Shown: positions 28,840 to 37,737 of the stretch, piece by piece | Numbering within the stretch: the stretch's first letter is position 1 | Layout: each line of letters starts with the position of its first letter | Virus record (IMG/VR): IMGVR_UViG_3300042549_004948 | Location: 98,470 to 162,469 of that record | DNA length: 64,000 nucleotides | Source of the DNA: a virus | Strand: one strand, 5' to 3' | Notes under the pieces: model-generated | Databases searched by the model: none | Seen by the model: the letters and a program-made list of their open reading frames with translations, nothing else | Told to the model about the DNA's origin: nothing | Made by a program: the position numbers and the translations under genes

Positions 28840-29268
28840 TTATAATCCAGTTGAACCGAACCCTCCTGAACCTCTTTCTGTATTTCTAGATTGTAATTCT
28901 TCAACTTCCTCTACATCAAAATAAGCAACAGGAATTAATACAAACTGAACTAATTTTTGTCCTGTGGCAATTATTTGAGGCATATCTGAAGTATTAATCA
29001 TGTGTAAATGAACTTCTCCTTCATAATCTTCATCAACAACACAAGCGCCAACAGAGAGACCTTGTTTTACTGCTACTCCTGATTTATTAAATGCAATCAA
29101 TGCATAACCTCTAGGAACTTGAACTTTAATTCCTGATGGAATTAATACTGACTCTCCTGGTTTTAGTGACACTGTTTCAAAATCTTCTGGCACATAGAAG
29201 TCTATTCCTGCTGATGAAGATGTTCCTCTATTTGGTGTTTTTACGTTTCGTAACTTTTGTAGTTTCAT
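28840..29268 (-). CDS. dut: trimeric dUTPase
   Basis: SAGIDF, KSG, VVDEDYEGE, RGSGGFGSTG. Confidence 0.92.
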   Translation of the reverse strand: MKLQKLRNVKTPNRGTSSSAGIDFYVPEDFETVSLKPGESVLIPSGIKVQVPRGYALIAFNKSGVAVKQGLSVGACVVDEDYEGEVHLHMINTSDMPQIIATGQKLVQFVLIPVAYFDVEEVEELQSRNTERGSGGFGSTGL

Positions 29269-29533
29269 TTTGTAAATCATTTTGGTAATCATTTAGTGAA
29301 GCCATATATGCAACACAATCTAGGAGATTGTCCTGTTTATGGTTATAAGCCTGTCTCGACAACTTAAGTGCAATCATACAGTTGTACATATCAACTGCAG
29401 TTAACTCTTTACGGCTTAATAACGATGCAATCTTGGCAGCTTCTTGCATACCGTCTTGCATTGGCCCATATTGACGGGCCTTTTCTTCAGATCTCTTGTA
29501 GATGATCTCGTTTGCTTGTTCAAGTATATTCAT
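29228..29533 (-). CDS. DUF6378-like small helical protein (nucleotide-modification associated)
   Basis: ILEQANEII..R...YG, MIALKLSR, DNLLDCVAY. Confidence 0.7.
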   Translation of the reverse strand: MNILEQANEIIYKRSEEKARQYGPMQDGMQEAAKIASLLSRKELTAVDMYNCMIALKLSRQAYNHKQDNLLDCVAYMASLNDYQNDLQNETTKVTKRKNTK

Positions 29534-29569
29534 AGGATAAATATAAAAAATAATATCGAAATGGTAAAA

Positions 29570-30457
29570 CTAAAGTCCTAAGTACCTAGTAATATCAGAT
29601 TTATCGCCCCACTCTCTTTGAGAATCAACATCACTTGCTTTAATTGTAGGCTTGGGCATATTTCTAGCCACATTCCAGAACCAATCTCCTAAGTGGCCGT
29701 ATTTTTTCATGAGTTCCCAACCTTTAGCGTCATAAGTTTGTATGCAATCAAATGGCGGAATTATTCTAGACTCTTTTAAAAATGCTCTATCATGAGTATA
29801 AAACTTAGCTCTGCCTAATTCACCAGGTTGTACATTTCTTGCAACTGCTACTGCATTAAACTTTGTGTTAGGTAAAGCAATCTGAAGTGTTCTAGATAGC
29901 ACTCCTGTGGAAAATACTGACCACATATTTGGAATTCTTTTATCTTTAAATGCTTCATGAAATATTCTAACTCCTCCGGCTACAACTTGCTCATGCTTAA
30001 GGCCGAATGGTAGATATTTTGCGCCAATCTTTTCTGCAAAGTTTTTTGCCCAGGCATTAATAGTCGGCATAGCAGGAGTCTTTAAAAATATTGGCGTTGC
30101 CCCATCTTCAATAACTCTTAACTGATGTTCAGATGCTTCTTTAGACGCGGGCATAAATAGTATAAGCTTCTTGTTATATTTTTTTGCAAGATACGTAAGT
30201 GAATAAGGAGCATATCCTGTTCTTGGTGCTACGTAAACTAAAGTGTCTTCTTTTACTTGGCTGATCATGAAGTCTCCCATCTTGGCTTTACTACCATATT
30301 GAAATTCTCCATCATCGACTATTGTAAAACCTTCTGCTTGTTTTAGCATGAATTCAAAATCAGGCTTATAGTCTTTTGTCATTTCTAGATAGTAGTTTAG
30401 ATCTCTACCACCTGACATGTCTAAGTTCGATTGATCTGTCGCTTTGTTTAAAAACAT
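29570..30457 (-). CDS. PLP-dependent enzyme, fold-type-II-like
   Basis: GSKAK candidate Schiff-base Lys, VYVAPRTGYA, WSVFSTGVLSR phosphate loop, YDAKGW. Confidence 0.65.
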   Translation of the reverse strand: MFLNKATDQSNLDMSGGRDLNYYLEMTKDYKPDFEFMLKQAEGFTIVDDGEFQYGSKAKMGDFMISQVKEDTLVYVAPRTGYAPYSLTYLAKKYNKKLILFMPASKEASEHQLRVIEDGATPIFLKTPAMPTINAWAKNFAEKIGAKYLPFGLKHEQVVAGGVRIFHEAFKDKRIPNMWSVFSTGVLSRTLQIALPNTKFNAVAVARNVQPGELGRAKFYTHDRAFLKESRIIPPFDCIQTYDAKGWELMKKYGHLGDWFWNVARNMPKPTIKASDVDSQREWGDKSDITRYLGL

Positions 30458-30465
30458 CAGTTTTT

Positions 30466-31149
30466 TTATTTATTTTTTTCTTCTTTTTGAAGTTCTTTGC
30501 TTAATTCAATAATAGGCACAGGAGTTCCTACAGGATATGGAAAACTATCTTTAGCCGCAGTAATAGATTTCATTCCAGATGTAACAGGAACAGCTTTACG
30601 AAGTGGAACTGCTGCTTCATTAAGTGGTCCGTATACTCTTGCTAATATAATACCTGTAGATGTTGTATCAAAGATAATACCTGGCATAGCAAACATATTA
30701 CTTTCGCTTGTGCTTGGATGATCAAGATTTACAATAAATGCACGATTTACTGGTGGTAATAATTCCCACTCCTTAGATGCTGGATTAAATTGAGGTACTG
30801 TAGTTGCTGAATCATAGTACCAAAATAAAGACCAGACAGTAGTGTCAGTTCCGTCAGGAGTTTGGAAGTTTTCGTTTACATTAAACTTTCCGTAAGTTCC
30901 GCTAATACCTTCCATTGCTAAATTAGAAATAGATGGTCCTGTTAATACAGGGCATATTGCGCATCCTTCATCATATTCTACTCCTTGAACAACAATCTTT
31001 TTTCCGGTAGGAATTGCGGCTGATGCACCACAGAAAGCAAAAGATCCTTGGTGAATCTTTACAGCTTTATCAGATTTAATATCTTCATTTGTCTTACAAC
31101 TAACTAATACTGTTAGTAGACTAACTACTATGAGTGCGATTTTTTTCAT
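30466..31149 (-). CDS. lipoprotein of unknown function
   Basis: Lipobox LVSC; FCGASAA, CAICP. Confidence 0.7.
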   Translation of the reverse strand: MKKIALIVVSLLTVLVSCKTNEDIKSDKAVKIHQGSFAFCGASAAIPTGKKIVVQGVEYDEGCAICPVLTGPSISNLAMEGISGTYGKFNVNENFQTPDGTDTTVWSLFWYYDSATTVPQFNPASKEWELLPPVNRAFIVNLDHPSTSESNMFAMPGIIFDTTSTGIILARVYGPLNEAAVPLRKAVPVTSGMKSITAAKDSFPYPVGTPVPIIELSKELQKEEKNK

Positions 31150-31159
31150 TTTTTTTGTT

Positions 31160-32203
31160 TTATTTTAATTTGCGAGCGAAGTCATAATATTTGTCATGAC
31201 CCCACGTTTGTTTAAGAATTGTGTTATTGCTCATCCTACGACCGTTGTTTTTTATAATGTGATCGTCTGATTGATATTCTTGAAAATAGCGTACTACGTC
31301 ACATGCTCTGCTATCTTCACAATCAATAGGATTTAAGTTATATCTATTAGATAAGAATTGAAGTACTTCGTTAATGTATTCAAACTCTTTTACTTTAGGA
31401 CTAACTTTAGGAAATATAGCTTTAATACAACGAACCGCGTTAGTGCCTGCATAAACCCAGCCTTTAGGATTAACATACTGTGGAAAATACTCTGCTAGAT
31501 CTGCTGCAAATGCTGTTACAACAAAGTTTTGTCTTTTGAATCCTATATTATTTAAGTACTCATTACCTAAGTCTGTTACTTGGTAGATGTCAAGCTTCTT
31601 TTTAGTAACTGCATCATAAAGATGTCTAACTAAACCTTCTGCATGTTCAAGAATAAAACGTCTCAAGTGACCTCTTGTTTCTCCTTCAAAAGTAAATTGA
31701 GGAAGTAAGTACCCTTTGTTGTCTGTAAATGGCGTGATCCTATTATAAAGGTCCTGCTTCCATTCTGGCCATGTGTAATGTTCTTTCAATATAGAATCCA
31801 CAATCCAGAAATTACCGAAGCCATGCGTACCCAGGATGTCCTTGATATGATCTGTCTTATATCTAGGCACATAATTGATACCAGAACCACAGAGTCTGAA
31901 TAAGTAAAATAACATGAACCAATCGAAGTCATCTTTAATGTTATGATGTGTAAAGTGATTACCCATTCCTCTTAAGTCTTTCTCTTTATACCATACAGCT
32001 TCAGTGAATGCACAGAATGCAGCAAATCTACGGTGCGCCGTATCATAAATAGGCACATGATAAATCAAGTCGTCATTTACATCTTTGTATAGGTCTCCAT
32101 CATAAGGAAGCTTTAGGCTTCCATGCTGTTGCATTAAGAGGCTACGTTTATCGTATTCATCTAAGGCCTCAAGTAACTTTTCATTAATTATAAATTTCTG
32201 CAT
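31160..32203 (-). CDS. aGPT-Pplase clade 1 / HMUDK-helical-like DNA base-modification enzyme
   Basis: Ordered motifs DDLIYHVPIYDTAHR, YLFRL, FVVTAFAADLAEY, VYAGTNAVRCI, IDCEDSRACDVVRY follow the family pattern (DPIL..Y.F.N..R / FR / F.AY....DL / GPGA..G / D....CE..KY). Confidence 0.65.
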   Translation of the reverse strand: MQKFIINEKLLEALDEYDKRSLLMQQHGSLKLPYDGDLYKDVNDDLIYHVPIYDTAHRRFAAFCAFTEAVWYKEKDLRGMGNHFTHHNIKDDFDWFMLFYLFRLCGSGINYVPRYKTDHIKDILGTHGFGNFWIVDSILKEHYTWPEWKQDLYNRITPFTDNKGYLLPQFTFEGETRGHLRRFILEHAEGLVRHLYDAVTKKKLDIYQVTDLGNEYLNNIGFKRQNFVVTAFAADLAEYFPQYVNPKGWVYAGTNAVRCIKAIFPKVSPKVKEFEYINEVLQFLSNRYNLNPIDCEDSRACDVVRYFQEYQSDDHIIKNNGRRMSNNTILKQTWGHDKYYDFARKLK

Positions 32204-32204
32204 A

Positions 32205-33140
32205 TTATTTTATAAATTCGTTTGCGAACATATAGTATTTAGGTTTCAAATGCACTGACTGTTTAGGCTCCATATACTCAAACATCTTCATGCCATCTTC
32301 ATCAATCCATTCGTCTGGCCATTGAATTGTTTTAAGGCCTGAGTTATTCATTATCCTATTTGCCGCGTCTCTTAAATCCATTCTTTCTTGTCTAGTACCA
32401 AAGTATGGTTGTTTGAGATATAAACCTGTACCTGGTAATTTACGACTTTCGTGCTCAATAGGTAATAAATTAACTAGAGTTGCATTATTTAATTTCTTAG
32501 CAAACTCTATATATCTTCTAAATAGATCTCCTACTGCTGCTCTTGGATTTTCTTGTCTCATTAAGTGAAAGCGAAGATCAATATTACCAAAGTATAAAAT
32601 GACTTCGTCATACTTTTCATTCCAAACATCAACTAAAGAGTCTGCGTCTTTTAAGAAGCCGAATAGAGTTTTACCGTCGGTTCTATCAAGACCAAAACCA
32701 GGCTTCCAAACACTAAGTGAGTGAGAGTCACCTCTTACTAGCTTTCTAGTATCTTCTCCATATAGTCTAGCATATGGTATAGTATTGATAGCCGAGAATT
32801 GATGATCAACCCCAAACCTCTTATTGAAAACATTCATATCAATAGGAGTGTTGACTGCTATAGGAAGCCCAGTATATTTTGCCATGGCTTCTAGCTTTTC
32901 TTTGTGTTCAGGTTGAGGCCCTCCAATAAAGTTAAAGATGTTCTCTTGATAGTTGACTCCTTCTAAAATATAGAGTCTTTCATATTCATTCCAAGTAGAA
33001 GGTTCAGGATTAACAGTCAATCCTTCAGGATGATAACTTCTTAGTATACTTAACATAACGTGGTAGTAGCCTCCACCATGGTGAGAAGTAGAGTTACCAA
33101 CATTGTTGAGCATTCCTATAACAGCTGCTTTCATAACCAT
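32205..33140 (-). CDS. protein with C-terminal SGNH-hydrolase-like domain
   Basis: GDSHS, YFGNIDLRFH, SVHL blocks. Confidence 0.6.
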   Translation of the reverse strand: MVMKAAVIGMLNNVGNSTSHHGGGYYHVMLSILRSYHPEGLTVNPEPSTWNEYERLYILEGVNYQENIFNFIGGPQPEHKEKLEAMAKYTGLPIAVNTPIDMNVFNKRFGVDHQFSAINTIPYARLYGEDTRKLVRGDSHSLSVWKPGFGLDRTDGKTLFGFLKDADSLVDVWNEKYDEVILYFGNIDLRFHLMRQENPRAAVGDLFRRYIEFAKKLNNATLVNLLPIEHESRKLPGTGLYLKQPYFGTRQERMDLRDAANRIMNNSGLKTIQWPDEWIDEDGMKMFEYMEPKQSVHLKPKYYMFANEFIK

Positions 33141-33199
33141 ATTTTCTATAAATTTAAGCTATTCTATAGGATCTAGGAAATCTATCTAGCAAGTAGAAT

Positions 33200-33222
33200 A
33201 AAAAAGCCCTCCGAAGAGGGCT
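33200..33222 (-). terminator. UUCG terminator, copy 1 of 3
   Basis: AGCCCTC-TTCG-GAGGGCT followed by a T tract. Confidence 0.85.
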
Positions 33223-33232
33223 ATTTTACTTT

Positions 33233-33460
33233 TTATTTTGAGTGTTTAGCTGCCAAAACTAAATCTTCTATTGCATTTATTAATTTAGCGTTAGATTCTA
33301 ATTTTACGCCAGATTTTCTCAATTCTTTTTCTAATTTTTCACCAGCATCTACTACAGCATCTGGTAAAAAATTTAGAATCCTAGAAAGAACATTTATTTG
33401 TTTATCATCTATGCCAGCTCTTTTACGTAGTACTTCTATTTCTAATAATTCTTTTTTCAT
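33233..33460 (-). CDS. small hypothetical protein with LRKRAGI leader motif
   Basis: Has its own ATATTTAT motif and terminator. Confidence 0.65.
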   Translation of the reverse strand: MKKELLEIEVLRKRAGIDDKQINVLSRILNFLPDAVVDAGEKLEKELRKSGVKLESNAKLINAIEDLVLAAKHSK

Positions 33461-33475
33461 ATGAATAAATATTAT

Positions 33476-33497
33476 AAAAACCCCACTTTAGTGGGGC
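33476..33497 (-). terminator. intrinsic terminator
   Basis: CCCCAC-TAAA-GTGGGG-TTTTT. Confidence 0.8.
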
Positions 33498-33522
33498 TTT
33501 ATTTTGAAATTTTTATTTAGGA

Positions 33523-34296
33523 TTAATAGTATTTTATACCTAATTTACGTAATTCTTCACCAGCATTCTCATCATCACCAGCAAATGCAACACGTAAATA
33601 ATTTTTTCCGTTACTTGCACTTACTCTAAATTTGGCATCTATACCCCTTTTTTGTAATCTTTTAATTACTTTGTCTTTTAATTTATCGTCAATTTTACTT
33701 TTTATTTCTATATCAACACCTTGATCCCAATCATTAGCATCAGAAGATCCTGGACTATACGAAGGTGTGCCTTGATATCCTTCATTTTGTGTATCTATTT
33801 TTTCAAAAGATATACCTTCTTCAAATTGCGGATATGCTAAAGTACCAATTTTTTGTGTCATATTTGGATCTTTATAGCATTGAATCCACCAGCCAGGAAT
33901 TTTATTTGGCTTAATGTCTCCTTCGAATCCATGACTTCCTTTCATTACTATATCCTTAACAATTTTTCCAAAAACTTGTTTATTTACAGATTTAGCATAA
34001 ACTTTAACTGAGTCTCCTACTTTTACAGTTGGACCAGTAGACTCTACTTTATTAAACCAATCTTCAGCATCTTTAAGATACTCTTGATGATCTTCGTAAT
34101 CTCCTGACACATCTATATCACCCCAATCATCTTGTTTTTCATATTCGTCTTCAAAATCAGCTAAAACAGATTCTTTACTATATCCTGGATTTAGTTTTTC
34201 CATTTTTGATAGGAATGTCTCTTCATTTAATTGACTTTCTTTCAATATGCCAGCTAATTGCTGCAATCTTTTACTTTCGTTTAGTTGCTGTTTCAT
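33523..34296 (-). CDS. acidic protein with RLQQLAGI/LNE leader, putative internal virion protein
   Basis: MKQQLNESKRLQQLAGILKESQLNEE. Confidence 0.6.
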   Translation of the reverse strand: MKQQLNESKRLQQLAGILKESQLNEETFLSKMEKLNPGYSKESVLADFEDEYEKQDDWGDIDVSGDYEDHQEYLKDAEDWFNKVESTGPTVKVGDSVKVYAKSVNKQVFGKIVKDIVMKGSHGFEGDIKPNKIPGWWIQCYKDPNMTQKIGTLAYPQFEEGISFEKIDTQNEGYQGTPSYSPGSSDANDWDQGVDIEIKSKIDDKLKDKVIKRLQKRGIDAKFRVSASNGKNYLRVAFAGDDENAGEELRKLGIKYY

Positions 34297-34300
34297 GCTA

Positions 34301-34308
34301 ATAAATAT
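34301..34308 (-). promoter_or_regulatory. recurrent ATATTTAT motif, putative phage promoter (representative copy)
   Basis: The same octamer precedes many starts; see findings. Confidence 0.65.
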
Positions 34309-34311
34309 AGT

Positions 34312-34334
34312 AAAAAAGCCCTCCGAAGAGGGCT
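34312..34334 (-). terminator. UUCG terminator after groEL, copy 2 of 3
   Basis: AGCCCTC-TTCG-GAGGGCT followed by a T tract. Confidence 0.85.
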
Positions 34335-34343
34335 CTTTATTTT

Positions 34344-35960
34344 TTACATTCCCATACCCATCATAGGGTCGGCTTTTTCATCTTTGTCTTTTTTTTCAAA
34401 TACAACTGATTCTGTAGTTAGAATTGTTCCGGCAACGGATGCAGCATTCTTGAGGGCGGTAATAACCACCTTTGCTGGATCAATGATACCTGCTTCAAGA
34501 GCATTCACTATTTTGTGACTCTTTGCATCGTATACTTGGCCTTCGCCTGGGATATTCTCGAACCAGTTTTCTACTCCGGCATTACTCAAGATCTTCTTGA
34601 ATGGTGATTGAAGTGCGGTTCTTACAATGTCTCTAGCAATAGCAACATTTGAATTGCTCTCTGCTCTATGGTTTAATGATACTCTGTAAAGAGTTGCACC
34701 ACCACCTGGAACAATGCCGTCTGCAAGTGCAGCTTTAGTTGCGAACAAGGCGTCTTCTACACGATCTTTCTTTTCTTTGATCTCAATATCACTATTTCCA
34801 CCAACAGAAATGATCGCAACACCACCGACTAGTTTACCTAATCTCTCTTGTAGCTTTTCTCTCTCATAGAAAGAGGTTGCCTTTTCTATTTGCTCTTTAA
34901 TTTCTATCGCTCTATTAGCCAAAGCTGTTTCATCACCTTTACCATCAATGATAGTAGTCTCTTCTTTAGAAACCGTGATAAGTCTAGTTGATCCAAGATA
35001 CTGAGCTAGTTGTTGCGTAGATAGTTTATCAAGCTTTAAACCTTTGTCTTTAGAGATAACTTGGCCGCCGGTCAAGATAGCAATGTCTTCAAGGATCAAA
35101 GTCTTACGCTCACCAAAGTCTGGTGCTTTAACTGCGCAAACTTGTACGATGCCACGCATCTTATTAACAATGAGTGTAGCAAGTGCTTCATCTCCAATGT
35201 CTTCAGCGATGATCAACAAAGGTCTATTCTCAGAGTTAGCTTTAGTTAGTACTTGTAGTAGCTCTTGAGCTGTAGAAATACGACCATCATAAAGTAGTAC
35301 ATAAGGATTGTCAAGCACGGCTTGCATCGTTGTGTTATTAGTCACAAAATAAGGTGACTTATAACCACGATCAAACTGCATACCTTCTACGATCTCGAGT
35401 GTTGTTTCACCAGACTTAGACTCTTCAATAGTAACCACACCTTCACGACCTACTTTATCAATAGCTTCGCTGATAAGGTTACCTACTTCTGAATCGTTAT
35501 TACCTGATATAGTTGCAACTTGTTTGATTTGCTCTTCTGAAGATATTTCGATTGCCATATCTTTTATTTCTTGCACGATTTCATTTACAATCTTATCGAT
35601 CTCATTCTTGATCTCTACTGCATTAGATCCTTGACGAATCTCTTTCAAGCCTGCTTTAACAAGCTCTGTAGCGATCAATGTAGATGTTGTTGTACCATCA
35701 CCTGCTTCATTTGCACTTTTAATACTAACTTGTTTAACTAGCTGCGCTCCAAGGTCTTCGATATCATCTTCTAACTTGTGGAATGCTTTTGCAACTGTTA
35801 CTCCGTCCTTAGTAACTTTAACTTCACCAGATTGTTCTCTGATTAAAACAGTTCTACCACCTGGACCTAATGTAGATGTAACTGACGCATTTAGCTTTTC
35901 TATGCCTGACAGAAGCTTTTCTTTAAGCTCTGTTCCGAAAACATTTTTTGTTGTACTCAT
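34344..35960 (-). CDS. groEL: chaperonin GroEL
   Basis: TLGPGGR, TKDGVTVA, AGDGTTT, EGMQFDRGY, GIVPGGG, MMGMGM tail. Confidence 0.97.
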   Translation of the reverse strand: MSTTKNVFGTELKEKLLSGIEKLNASVTSTLGPGGRTVLIREQSGEVKVTKDGVTVAKAFHKLEDDIEDLGAQLVKQVSIKSANEAGDGTTTSTLIATELVKAGLKEIRQGSNAVEIKNEIDKIVNEIVQEIKDMAIEISSEEQIKQVATISGNNDSEVGNLISEAIDKVGREGVVTIEESKSGETTLEIVEGMQFDRGYKSPYFVTNNTTMQAVLDNPYVLLYDGRISTAQELLQVLTKANSENRPLLIIAEDIGDEALATLIVNKMRGIVQVCAVKAPDFGERKTLILEDIAILTGGQVISKDKGLKLDKLSTQQLAQYLGSTRLITVSKEETTIIDGKGDETALANRAIEIKEQIEKATSFYEREKLQERLGKLVGGVAIISVGGNSDIEIKEKKDRVEDALFATKAALADGIVPGGGATLYRVSLNHRAESNSNVAIARDIVRTALQSPFKKILSNAGVENWFENIPGEGQVYDAKSHKIVNALEAGIIDPAKVVITALKNAASVAGTILTTESVVFEKKDKDEKADPMMGMGM

Positions 35961-35971
35961 AATGATTTTGT

Positions 35972-36265
35972 TTATTCGATAACTGCAAATATATCTGATT
36001 CTTTACAAATGAAATAGTCTTGTCCATCAAGTACTACTCTTTGTGATCCTAGTTTAGGAATCAACACGACATCTCCAACTTGTAGAGTTGAAATAACTAG
36101 CTTGTCTGTGTTATAGTTGTAGACATCAGATGTTCCAACTACTTCTCCCATTTCAGGTCTTTCTTTACCAAGGTCTGGAATAATTATATTACCAAACGTT
36201 TCTTCTTCTGTTTCTATAGGCTTCAATAATATAAAGCCATTTAGAGGGGTTATTTTTTTATCCAT
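35972..36265 (-). CDS. groES: co-chaperonin GroES
   Basis: ITPLNG, GNIIIPD, KERPEMGEVV, ESDIFAVI. Confidence 0.9.
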   Translation of the reverse strand: MDKKITPLNGFILLKPIETEEETFGNIIIPDLGKERPEMGEVVGTSDVYNYNTDKLVISTLQVGDVVLIPKLGSQRVVLDGQDYFICKESDIFAVIE

Positions 36266-36269
36266 AATG

Positions 36270-36464
36270 TTAATTTACAATTTCTAATTCATTTATTTTA
36301 ACACAAAAATAGAGTAGGCCATCTTTTTTGAAGACACCTTCTACTCCATACCAAATTTTAAAGTCGTCTAGGTTTTTGCCGTTTACGAACTCTTCTCTTA
36401 GGATTTTTTTGACTTCAAATAAGTCACCATTGATGTCAATAAAATTTCTGTGCAGTTGAAACAT
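36270..36464 (-). CDS. hypothetical protein
   Basis: Lies between hsp20 and groES. Confidence 0.6.
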   Translation of the reverse strand: MFQLHRNFIDINGDLFEVKKILREEFVNGKNLDDFKIWYGVEGVFKKDGLLYFCVKINELEIVN

Positions 36465-36468
36465 AACT

Positions 36469-36980
36469 AAGGTTGTGAGTAGGCCTTTTTTTTTACTTAA
36501 TTTTTATTTGCTTTACAGCCGTACCTTCTGCTGTAGGAACTGTTATAATTAGCAGTCCTCTATCTAAGGAAGCTTCTAGTTTGTTTAGATCAAACTTAGT
36601 TGAAATTTTCCAAGTAAGATTAAAAGATGATCTCTTAATACCTCTGTATATTGGAGACTCTTCAGGCTTATTTGGTTTCTCGTATGTAATTCGTAATTGA
36701 TCACCGTCGACAATGATATCTATATCGTTCTTGTCTAGGCCTACTGCGGCTACTTCAAATCGAATGCCGTCTTCTGTTTCAAAAATGTCTACTGGATGTG
36801 ATATCTTCTGCGTAATTGCAGAAAAGTGTGGTGCTGATTCAAAGAGATCTTTCCAGAGCAAGTCAAATGGATCGAGCTCGAATGGTCTTAATATTCCCAT
36901 ATTGTTTTGTTTTGTGTTCCCTTACGGTGAACGGTTTATAAATGTTTATTTCATAACTAAAGGCCTACTCACAGTACCTT
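36469..36980. repeat. inverted repeat flanking hsp20
   Basis: tgtgagtaggccttt (36474-36488) is the exact reverse complement of aaaggcctactcaca (36959-36973); a further 5 bp aaggt/acctt lies beyond a 2-nt bulge. Confidence 0.9.
36493..36900 (-). CDS. Hsp20/alpha-crystallin small heat shock protein
   Basis: PVDIFE, AVGLDKNDIDI, RGIKRSSF, ASLDRGLLIITVP, IKIK. Confidence 0.92.
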   Translation of the reverse strand: MGILRPFELDPFDLLWKDLFESAPHFSAITQKISHPVDIFETEDGIRFEVAAVGLDKNDIDIIVDGDQLRITYEKPNKPEESPIYRGIKRSSFNLTWKISTKFDLNKLEASLDRGLLIITVPTAEGTAVKQIKIK

Positions 36981-37025
36981 TTATATAAATATATACAATT
37001 ATTGAAGAGAGATAAAATTAATCTT

Positions 37026-37628
37026 TTAAGTAGCATAAGACCACTTATAACCTCCGGTTTGGTTTCTAATACCTTTACATACTTTGCTAATATGCTGATG
37101 AATTACTCCTAGAGATCTTTCGGCCTCTATTATAGAATCCCACCTTTTTATAAACTCACCGTCTAATGTATATTGATTAACTTTAACTGCGGATGAACTA
37201 AGTGATCCTAAATGCTTGCCTTTTTGTACTTCTTTCATTTTATTAATAGTCTGTTCACTAAAAGGTTTATTATATCTAGGATTACCTGATCCCGTCATTC
37301 TTTTACTATGATCAGGCTTTTTTATGCCTTTTAAATGGCCCTTATCTGTTCCACCATCTCCTATCTCTTTTTTCATATTTGCCCATTTATTACTTTTAGC
37401 GACATTAAAAAGATCTGAGTATATTCTACATATTAACTCTAAGTTTTGCCTGTCTATTGTTTTATGCAATATGTATGTTTTAATTTGATCTGAGCTTATG
37501 TTATTCTCTATCAGATGCTGTTTCCATTCTTTACCTGATCCTTTGTACTTAAAAGGATCTTGCTCAGTTTTACCTAAATATAATAGTCCTAATGGACTTT
37601 GTTTAACATATATGTATATTAATTTCAT
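37026..37628 (-). CDS. free-standing GIY-YIG (Seg-like) homing endonuclease with NUMOD3/NUMOD1 domains
   Basis: YIYVK...YLGKT...YKGSG; FSEQTINKMKE; VNQYTLDGEFIKRWDS...GGYKW; start at MKLIYIY. Confidence 0.82.
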   Translation of the reverse strand: MKLIYIYVKQSPLGLLYLGKTEQDPFKYKGSGKEWKQHLIENNISSDQIKTYILHKTIDRQNLELICRIYSDLFNVAKSNKWANMKKEIGDGGTDKGHLKGIKKPDHSKRMTGSGNPRYNKPFSEQTINKMKEVQKGKHLGSLSSSAVKVNQYTLDGEFIKRWDSIIEAERSLGVIHQHISKVCKGIRNQTGGYKWSYAT

Positions 37629-37638
37629 AAAATAAAAA

Positions 37639-37737
37639 TGGACCCAGAGGAAGTAAAGGTCCCGGAATGACCGATACTCCATGAGTCCAATAAGTTATTA
37701 TAGATAGCTGATTCCGGCAACTTTCTATCTATAATAA
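37639..37737 (-). ncRNA. two-hairpin kissing-loop RNA structure upstream of the GIY-YIG gene
   Basis: Two long stems with 7-nt loops CCGGAAT and ATTCCGG that are exact complements. Confidence 0.7.
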
